Notes under the pieces: model-generated
The model's database searches: none
Told to the model about the DNA's origin: nothing
Seen by the model: the letters and a program-made list of their open reading frames with translations, nothing else
Assembly (NCBI RefSeq): GCF_000150275.1
Contig: NW_002060947.1
Location: 666,695 to 730,694, forward strand
Direction: 5' to 3'
Source: Trichoplax adhaerens
Taxonomy: Eukaryota; Animalia; Placozoa
Length of the DNA stretch: 64,000 nt
Position numbers and translations under genes: made by a program
Part shown: positions 54,101 to 64,000 of the stretch, piece by piece
How the letters are laid out: the number at the start of each line of letters is the position of its first letter
Numbering within the stretch: the first letter of the stretch is position 1

Positions 54101-57100
54101 ATATCTTTCCGTAAATAATATAATAGCGTACCTAGAAGTATTATAATAATACTTTGAGAAGTCGGTGGAGTAAATTGATTTTTGACTCTGCAAACATATG
54201 ATCCAGCGTCACCCGATTTAGTTGAATTTATAGATAATATACTCATAACGGAATTATTTAATGTTTGATGACGCGAAAATGTAGTCATTTTTTGCAGGGT
54301 GCCAGAGCTATCCTTAAACCACTCTACTGTTGGAGTTGGAATACTTGATCCAGTACATTTTAATGTTACCGAGTTACCAATAGGAATAGCAACGCTCTTT
54401 GATATATCTTCGATAATGGGCAAAGCTAACAAGTTATCCATACAAAATTTTTTGTCTTTAATTAGGAAATCTGTATATGCATCGTTCTAAAATATACTCT
54501 TAACACATTATCTTAACACGGTTCTTTTCAGTGCAAATATTACAACTTACTGTAGATGTAAAGTGCGGCTGATGAACTTGTAGAATTTCCCGCAAGGTTA
54601 CCAGCTGAGCACTGATAGATACCTTTATCTTTCAGGGCAACGGCATTAAAGGTAAGGATATCAGAGTTTCTTCTTGATGACATCATGTGCCCATTTTTCA
54701 TCCAATTGATAGCCGGTAGGGGATATCCAGATGCGATGCAAGATAAAGTTACATAGCTACCTTGGCTAACATTTTGACTTTTTGGAGAAACAAGAATCTT
54801 TGGTCTTGCTAAAAATCGTAGAAATTATGTTAATATGTGTCTATTCTTATGATAATTTAGTGAACAAGTTTATACTCTAACACTGTAAATATGGAAAAGT
54901 GCGACCTATGTAAAGTATTGCTATAATGATTGCATCTAGTTGTATGCAGGGTTCTTGCATATAATTCTTCATAGCAGGTTGATAGACAAAATTCATAAAA
55001 TATGAAAGGTAATTTCCAGGATCACGACGATGCTTCTACTGAAATTATCTTAAAAAATTTTACTCTCTAAGATAATTTTCATCCTTACAACTCTAGTAGA
55101 TCTGTTGTCTAACACTTTATAGTGTAAAATTTTATAGAAATTCTTAATGACCATATGATTTCGTTATACGCGCAAGTTTCCATATAAGCTTATGAAAATA
55201 TGATTTAATGTAAAATCGTAGAATACATTTATAGAGGTCAAGCATTCCGTGTTAACCGTTTTTACATTATTAATTCTTAAATAGGACTGATAATGATTGT
55301 AAATATGCTAGGGTATTTGAATGATTGATCATATTAGGCATGTGAATATACGTACTAGTAAATAATATTACTGTATGATTGACGTAAAAATTATGACCCA
55401 TATTTAAGGTAAAATCTGTTGTAAAGAAAAATTGCTTTATGAATTTCTTGCCTAGATTTTAAAATTGATCAGAGAAGAAGAGATAAATGCTAGTAATTTC
55501 TAAACTTACTGTAAATGACAATAGAGGCATTTTGACTCCTTAATGATCCCAATAGATTGCTAAGCCTGCATTGGTATAGGCCTCCATCAGATTTTTGGCT
55601 GTTCTGAATGACAAGACTGCTGGTCGTATATCCGTACGATATTGTGCTACTAATGCTGTAATTGCTAATTATTATTCCATTTTTTAACCAAATTATGGAA
55701 GGGTTAGGGTTTCCAGAACCATTACATTGTATTATTATAGTAGATCCTTCAATTACGGCAATACTTTGCGGAGTTTCGACGATAGTTGGAGGAGCTTTAC
55801 GATAAAGTAACCCAATTAGTATATAGATATTTTACTGTACGCTGAGATCATTTATTATCTATTCATATGCAAAGTAAAATAGCCTAAAGTAAATATTAAG
55901 TTAATAAAATCTTTATCTTTATCGATCACTTACCGTAAACTGTTAGAATATTAGTTATGCTAGTATTTCCGGCGAGATTTGACGATATGCAAACATATTT
56001 GCCAGCGTTACTCCGAGTTACGTTATTCAAATTTAATATCGATAAACCTGGAGTAGATCCATCGTACTTAGATTCAGGAACAATCTTGTCACCTTTTAGC
56101 CAGATAAAAGTGGGTAAAGGATTGCCTGTAGCCTGACAATTGAAGGTCAAGGAAGCTCCTTGAGATAGTGTAATGTTTTGTGGTGTTGAAACTATAATCG
56201 GATAGGCTGTATAGAATTAAATTGCTACATTAGAAGTAGAATTAGCTTTCTAGTTTAAATCGTTGAATTATTCAAATCTTAGAAAGTTACTAATCGATAG
56301 ATAATGATTATTATTCTAAACTTACTGTATATTGTAATGTTGGCCGCTTTGCTTAATACCGTCGTAATGATATTCGTAAAGTTGCATTGATAGATACCCT
56401 GATCATTCCTAGTCGCAGCACTGATGGTTAATATACTGCTGCTAAGTAACTTGCTGTTCATTGCTGTGATACTATAGTTCTGGCTAAGCGGATTACCATT
56501 TTTTAACCAGATTATAGTCGATATAGGTTTGCTAGTAGCATTACAATTTAATTTGATAGGATTCCCTTCAATGATAGCTATATATTTGGGCTGTTGAGTA
56601 ACTATCGTTTCGGCTTTAAGTATATATATATATAATATCAGAAATAGTGATTTATTCAATAGCTCACATTAAGATGTATCAGTGATGTATTACAGTTACC
56701 AATGTTTACTATTATACCAAAAATATGATCTGATAATGAGTTTGAGGTTAGATGGGTACAGTAGGATTATTGAGTCGTAAAATTGCATGTTAATTTCAAT
56801 ATCTATATTTTCCTAAAACTTTGTTATTAGTTTTACTTACCAAGTACTGTTATTTTAATGGTCTTTGTAGTGTTTCCAGCGAGATTACTGCTCACGCATG
56901 TATAGTTTCCTTCATCATTTAATGTTAAGTTAATTAGCCTAAGCACCGACTGATCCACGCTATGTGAATAAAACTGGGATTCCGCAATATTAGCTCCATC
57001 CTTAAGCCAACTGAATTTTGGTTGAGGATTGCCTGTTGCTTGACACAGCATTTCAGTTGAGGTTCCTCGCATTGCAGTGATGCTTTTTGAAGTATTAACA

Positions 57101-60100
57101 ATAACTGGTGAACCTATTATAGTTTTAAAACAAAAAATTGGCAGAAATGAGAAGCAGCACTTATTTTATGAAATTTAAATAAAGCTGTAGATATCATCAT
57201 TTTCTTACTGAAATCGTGAAATATCTTAATTTCACAGTAAAGTAGCTTATAATATTTACTGCATCCAAATATCTAGTATCACTTACTATATATAGTTATA
57301 TTTGCCATGCTACTTATAGCGGATCCGATGGTATTGGTGCAGTTGCATTGATATGAGCCGTAATCTTTGGCAGTGCTATTGTAAATTGTCAGTCTGCTTC
57401 TTATATACCCATTGGATATAAAACTTGCGATATTGTGGTTAACACTTAGCGAAAATCCATTTTTTAGCCAACTAATAGTGGCTATTGGCTTGCTTGTCGC
57501 GTTACAATGCAATATGATTGACATCCCTTCTATTACTCCTGTACTGAGTGGCTGAACAACAATAACCGGAAAAACTAGTAGTAAAATCATGAAAAGAATT
57601 AGATAATTCTGAAGAAGATATTATTTCTACGAGACATTATAGAGCATGAATCAAACTCATGCACAATAGAAAATGGGAATGAGTTTCTGTTCTTTATTTG
57701 ATTTCCTCGTCATTTAATAGCTAAATATGATCCAATGATCTGCTATCATATTTAAATTATAATTACCTAATACGATGATCTTTACTGGGCTACTTGTTAC
57801 ATTTCCGGCTACGCTTGTACTTAAACAGGTATAATTTCCTTCGTCGTTCATGGTAACAGAACTGATCGTCAGTAAAGACAAGTTCGGTGATGGAGATGAT
57901 GTTACAGAATTATTAATTTTTTGACCGTTCTTGAACCAAAAAAAATTTGGTGGGGGATAATTGATGGATCTACAACTCAATGTCAAAACTTTTCCAGTTA
58001 CTGCAAATCTGGTACCAGAACTAATGATTGCAATGGGTTTTTCTAAGCAGAAGGAAATAACATATAGCACAATGTTATTATCGTAATATTCTGTACTCTA
58101 AAGTTTGCCAAATTCTGTCAGATTTGATACCATAATATTCATTCAATAATCACAATTACGATAGAATTGCAGTTACGCTACATGATCTATTGAATCATAC
58201 AAATTTTAACGTCGATCTGTAGGTTATTGAGTGATATAGGATGACTTACCATAAATTTTAAGCGTTGCATTTCTACTTAGTGATGATCCTATCGGATTTG
58301 TAAATTTGCACTGATATGCACCATTGTCTGCTAGCTGGACACCATAAATAATTAATAGACTGCTAGCTATCAGGTTATCGACACTGCTTACTATGGTATA
58401 GTTGTGATTATTTCCAACAAAATTATTGTTTTTAAACCATGTAACATTAGATATAGGATCGCTTATTCCACTACAATATAATGTAATATTTTGTCCCTCA
58501 ATAGCCGCTATATCGGTAGGGTTATTGTTGATTGCCGTCTTATCTAAATAGAAAAGGTGGCCAAAAGTTAGAAATAAAATTTTATGATAAGAGATCTCAG
58601 AAGATTGGAACTTTATTAAGTACTCAACTTAAAACGAAAATTAATGCTATTCTAAAAGGTGAACATTATTAAACAGTCCTTGTAACGCTTAAATTAGATT
58701 TTCATGAAATTATTATCTTCATGATTGGATGTAAGATTTAAAATTAATCCTATCCTGTGAAGGCTTAGAACTGTATCAATTCATAAGCTGATAGTAAGTT
58801 GACTTAAAAAACTGTGAAAAGATTTATTACTTACAATGTATGATCACGACTGCATCATTACTAGTTGTATTGCCCACAAAATTTGTTGCAATACAGGAGT
58901 AATTGCCGGTAATTTCTTTAGTTACGCTGCTCAACATTAAAATCGACGTATTAATAGATGAAGAGAACATTTTTGAGTCTAAAATTTGCTTATTTTTTTG
59001 CCACACGAAGGCTGGTGCAGGGTTAGACGTAGCTTGACAGGTCAGATTAATTGAGGAACCTTCCGTTATCATCAGGCTTTTCGGTGATCTCGTAATTACA
59101 GGTTTTGCTATTAGAAAAAATGCAGAGGTGAAAGAAATTTTGTCACACATGTAATTATTAAAATTCTAAGTAAGAAGAAGATAACCATGCTATAAGCTTT
59201 GAAAAATCTGGTATATAATTTATAAAATTTGCATAACTTGCTGTCTAAGCTGTAATCTAGACTGAAGTAATGAAAGTAGTAATTCTTTAACTGATAGCAA
59301 CAGATTACAACTTGGCTACTATGGTTATAAAAACACTATAATCATATATTTGAATTAATAGGCTACAGAAGCAATGTCTTTGCTACTTAGTTATCGATAC
59401 AATAATTTCAAATCAGCTATTTTGAGCAGCATAATAGTAATTGTTGTGCAGATACTCCTAAGTGATTAACAGTGCGGATATAATATGTGCATTGGCTGTT
59501 TATTAAAGTCCAAATTTACTTACTGTATAGCGTTACGATTGCATTACTACTCTGTGTACTTCCTATACTGTTGGAAAAATTACACTGGTATAGGCCAGTA
59601 TCATTAAGATTTGCATTTTGGATGGTGATATTGCTGGAAATAGAGAATGCAGTATAGGAGCTACTAAAGTCGCCTTTCTCGACTGGTTGTCCAGATTTCA
59701 ACCAAGAGACTTGAGGTAATGGGTTTCCAGTTCCACTGCAAAGTAACGTGATCGAATGTCCTTCAGTTGCTCCAGTATTACTAGGATTTAGTTTAATAAC
59801 TGGAGAATCTATCAGTTTAATAGAGAAACGACATTTAAAATAATTAATCGATTAGCTTTCCACTGGCATAAATTATGCTTCTGCTCAACTTTGATATTTA
59901 CGTGATATCAGCCTCTATGAAAGCAAGTTTTTTAAGCATAATGTCGCTGCTAAATGCGACTTAAGTTACTATGAAGGTGGTAATCAGATAAACACATTAA
60001 ATCATAAGCAAAGTTTTATATATCTAGAGCTGCGGTTGGAATTTATACTTACAGTATACAGTAATGAAAGCTGCCATACTTGAAGCATTTCCAAATGAGT

Positions 60101-63100
60101 TCGAAGAAAAGCAAACATAATTTCCAACGTCTGTAATCTTGATAAGAGGTATTTGAAGCTGCGATAAGCCTGAAGTTGAAGACGAGTAAAGACTACTATC
60201 AACTAAGTAACCGTCTTTAATCCATTGGATAGTTGGTAGCGGCTTGCCGCTAGCTTGGCAGGAAAGCATTAAGGTATTCCCCTGGATTACAGTGGTATTC
60301 ACAGGTGAAATAATAATTGCAGGTTTTGCTACGAGAAAATATAATGAAGTATATAGGAATTGAATTTCTTGTAAAGCAAATTCAAATTGTAACTGAAGAT
60401 GTTTGAATAGAAGCTGAATAACAGCAATAACATAGGCTTACTGTAGATAATCAAAATACCAACAAGACTACTCGTATTTCCAGCAATATTTTCGCTGTAG
60501 CATGTATAATTTCCGGCATCTTGAGGCGTTAAATTAGTTAAATATAGATTGGAGCCACCTGATATCGATGATTGGTGTATAGCATTAATCAGATTTCCAT
60601 CTTTGAACCATTTAATCGATGGAATAGGATATCCGTTGGCTTGACAACTAATATTAATAGCTATTCCTTGTATCGCGGTATAACTTGTGAGTGGAGTTAT
60701 GACTGTCGGTTTAACTATGCATTATAACATTGAAAATGGATATGTTTGAATGATTAAGATGATACATTAAATTTACAAAAGAGATATTATGAAATAACTA
60801 CAGATGATAGAGATTGACTGAAAGATAGTATCGTATCAAGCAAGTATTTGAAATACTTGGTACTTACGATAGATGGTAATAGTAGCAGCAAGCGATACTT
60901 TTGTTCCGGCACTATTGCTAAAACTGCACCAATATCTACCCATATCATAACTTTTGATATTTTGGATAGTCAGTTCACTGCTTCGGTAGCTACCAACAAC
61001 AGCATTGATTACTGTGTAATTGTTTACAACTTGTCCATTCTTTATCCAGGCAATAGTTGGTATCGGATTTCCAGTTCCATTACAGAGTAATTTTATTGAT
61101 TGGCCAATCAGTGCTGCCATATTACTTGGATTCGTGATGATTATAGGTAAGCCTGTACCCAAAATTGAAAGGCAATTTAGGGTCCGATAAGCTTTTAATG
61201 TAAAATGTTATCACAGAAACCGTTCAAGGTTTTAATATGAGAGATTCTATTATAGTCACAGTTAGTCTAGTTAATCATTCGTGATATCCTGCGCGTATGC
61301 GCTCGTATGCTACGCATACCAGCAAAGTTGCAAGTAAGTCCAGAAATCTCTGGGCTCATCTAGGTTTATTTCCGAATTAAAATTTATACCTTGGATAAAC
61401 TTAATAATTGTTATATTTATCCTAACTTACTTAACACAGTTAGAGTAGCTATACTGCTTGTTGCATTTCCAATACCATTAGAACAGAAGCAAACATAATT
61501 GCCGGCGTCTCCGATAACTACATTGTTTAGCTGTAATTTAATTTCACTGGATGAGAGAATGAGATATCTAGTGCTGTTAATTGTAACTTGATTTTTGAGC
61601 CAAATGCAAGTAGGAGTAGGCAGACCTTCTCCTTTACAATGAAAATTGGTAGAACTCCCTTGATTTACTTGAACATTTTGAGGATTGATAACAATACGTG
61701 GTATTTCTAATGTAGAAATTAGATAGGAAATTCATAATATTAGTTAAATGTACGGCGCTATCAACAGACATTTAGTGACAATTTAACATGCTAGATAGTC
61801 ATTTATAAAATTTAATAATAACCAAATACGTCGACATAAGCAGATTCAGTTTCATTCAGTCCTGCAGGATTGGAAAATCTACAACGATACCATCCTATGT
61901 CTTTTTCAGCTACTTTGGGAAGTGTTAGTTGACTTTCGCCATTGGAATTTGTTGTGGTGTAATTGCTGATATGAGTGGAGCCTTTGAGCCATATAACGTT
62001 AATTTGCTGATAGTTACTGCTTGCTCGACATCTTAGTATCACAGTTTGACCCTCAGATACATTTTTTGAACTTGGATGCTGGTTGATGTACAAATAATCT
62101 AGAAAAATAATTAAATTGATAATACATACCCTTCAGTCTTAACGGTTATACGATTACAAGAACTAAAGGAAGTATCTTGTTTGCTACGAAAGTAACGACT
62201 ATTTCTTTATAACGATTATTCAGTTAATTAGAATACTGACCATCCAATTCAAGGGATAGCTTAATTCCAGCTAGGAATCCAAAGGACAACCCTATTGGAC
62301 CATAACCATATTGGATTAAGGAAAATTGGACGCTAGAACTGTTGTGATTGAGCACATGTCTACCTCCATGGATGAAGACATGTGCCACCGCATATGTGCC
62401 GTTGCTAGTTTGAACTGTAACCCAACGAACATGTTGAAGGGCGCTACCATCTAATCTTAATCCATTTTTTTGGCTATCCAAAATTGCGATATTAACAAAG
62501 CGGTCAATAATCTCATCGCCATCAGTGTCTACGCTGTAAAATACATAACTCGACTGATATTGACTAATTGATGGTACAAGAATCATCATTGGATCTGAAA
62601 TAGAATGATCGGCATTTTGCCCTTTACTGTATTGAGCTACTGCACAAGGCTTGCTGCATGTTAAATACGTTCCTGTATCGCTAGCTAGATGAAATTCAAG
62701 AAATGAACCCTGAGAAATAATATGAATTTGTCCATTTAAATGCATTCGAATGCTTGTATTATCGTAAGCAGCAACAACACGAAATATATCACCAGCTGTT
62801 CTATCAGCGAAAGTTGTCAATACATAATTCTTGCCAAGAGAATTTGTTGGTAATAGCTGCTCTACAAGATATTCGCAATCAATTATTCTCACAGGTACTA
62901 ATGCACATCGATTGCCAGATTGAACGGCGACTTTCTTATTTGAGTTGATGATTGTTCCGGTTATGTCTTGATTATATCCGAAGTAGAAACTTTGCGATTT
63001 CTGTAAATTGACGATCAGATGATTACTTCGAGAATAAATGGTACCTAGATAGTTAACGTTTCGCGGGAAAATAATGCTGAGTTGGGTTTGATCTTGAGAT

Positions 63101-63509
63101 GCAGTAACCAAAAATTGAGACCTTTGGTACGGTGTATACGTTGCAATAACATATTGTTTGCCAAAAGCTGTTGTCGGTAAAGCAAGATATCCATCAGCTG
63201 ATAATGGGTGTACATGATATCCTTCAACAATGATATCTTGATCCGATGTCACAAGAACAGTTTTGCTACTTACTCCATTTACACTATTTTCGAGTGATAT
63301 TGGTAGCGGAATTTCTCGGTAGCTTTGTGCACTAATACTAAAAAGGCTAATGGATTTATCATAATTATTAGTAATAGTCACTTGCGCAGCTTGATTTAAA
63401 GTTGTAATAACGACAAAAGGAAAATGTGAACCATGTTGGTTTGTCGTAGCAGCCTGCATGTATCCAAGATAAAATTTCTTACCGAAATTAGTTACCGATG
63501 TCTTTAATG
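45156..63509 (-). CDS. Giant adhesion GPCR, first exon(s) not located: IgGFc-binding (FCGBP-N) - 16x Ig - 5x FN3 - Ig - HormR - GAIN/GPS - 7TM - short tail; 45 exons traced, ~3,200 aa
   Basis: Phase-consistent exon chain: 62241-63509 (IgGFc-binding); 16 Ig exons 54132-62098; FN3 exons 51334-53899; Ig 50947-51222; HormR 50524-50843 (YCP..RW..APCP..ASKAC..IW..QC); GAIN 48304-50434 ending CTFW..WLSSGC..VCYCNHTTTF; 7TM exons 45927-48124 (ITYIGC, VCAGVAIVLHF, NVCW, AFAIP, LLPLL..W, LQYLFAIFSILQG); tail exons to TAA at 45156. One frame inconsistency lies in exon 45650-45746. Confidence 0.88.
45747..45926 (-). other. GC-AG intron after the TM7 exon of the adhesion GPCR
   Basis: The donor AAG|GCAAGT matches the GC-donor consensus. 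Splicing to ttgcag| gives IKNDK-IYQAYK, a plausible helix 8. Confidence 0.6.
54132..62098 (-). repeat. Sixteen tandem I-set Ig exons, one domain per symmetric phase-1 exon
   Basis: Exons 61823-62098, 61431-61706, 60868-61152, 60442-60714, 60053-60328, 59524-59808, 58835-59107, 58250-58543, 57767-58042, 57287-57574, 56841-57113, 56326-56613, 55934-56206, 55510-55794, 54551-54808, 54132-54425. All lengths are multiples of 3, each with C..W.K..GxYxC. Confidence 0.9.
62241..63509 (-). other. IgGFc-binding protein N-terminal (FCGBP-N) domain exon of the adhesion GPCR
   Basis: 1269-bp phase-1 exon with NFGKKFYLGYMQ, SADGYLALPTTAFGKQY, DITGTIINSNKKVAVQSGNRCA, CEYLVEQLLPTNSLGKNY, DIFRVVAAYDNT, KPCAVAQYSKG..SDPMMILVPSISQY and SFGFLAG. 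Confidence 0.85.
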
Positions 63510-64000
63510 CTATAGTAAAATAAATTTAAATTGTATCAATTAACAAAATAAAACTCTTCGTATGATATTGTAATAGTAATGTTGATATGATTTACTGATG
63601 TTCGCTCTAAGAGCACTAGTTCAGCCAGAGAATATATTAGTAGCAGTGATGCGAGATAATTTTGCAATTAAGAAAGGTTAACACTAAAGAACTAGAATAA
63701 AAGTCCGATAAAGGACTACTAGATATATCTAATAATCCATGATCCAGCTAATAAATGCTCTACAACAGTTGATATGCTCTAACGGAGATAGCAAATAATA
63801 CTATTTAGTAATGTCGTCTTAAAACTATTTGAATTAATGACAGCGATGTCGCACTGCTGATTTAGGTACCGCAAGAACTTTTCAGCCTACAGTATATTAG
63901 AGACTTCTCAATTGAAGATTTGCGAATTAATACATCATAGTCATTTAATATAGTCCCTTCTGTGGTGACAAGAATGACGAAAAATTCAGTCATTTGCTAC

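Noticed and set aside
63510-64000. Signal-peptide exon of the adhesion GPCR
   Set aside because: No ATG-initiated hydrophobic exon with a phase-1 donor was found; it probably lies beyond the window.
1-64000. tRNA, rRNA or transposase/reverse-transcriptase genes
   Set aside because: None was recognised by eye; small RNAs could be missed without tRNAscan or Infernal.

Overview
AT-rich (roughly 30% GC) eukaryotic DNA with short spliceosomal introns. The gene content and style suggest a compact non-bilaterian animal genome, probably placozoan (inference). Left to right: (1) the 5' exon of POLE4 (minus), head-to-head with a 15-exon mitochondrial GATB/PET112 (plus); (2) a multi-exon C2CD3 centriolar gene (minus) with a 3.8-kb terminal exon; (3) a pentamer-rich tract and a ~240-bp palindrome-rich tandem repeat; (4) a ~27-kb stretch (17.7-45.2 kb) that looks intergenic but reads as a near-contiguous array of about 21 single-exon class A GPCR copies, of which only two are intact (both lack D2.50, W6.48 and the NPxxY proline) and about 19 appear to be heavily decayed relics; (5) a giant adhesion GPCR (minus; 45 exons traced; ~3,200 aa; signal-peptide exon not located, probably beyond the window) with the order IgGFc-binding/FCGBP-N, 16 Ig, 5 FN3, Ig, HormR, GAIN/GPS, 7TM. 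Exon and relic calls were made by hand translation; relic boundaries are approximate and need profile-search confirmation.
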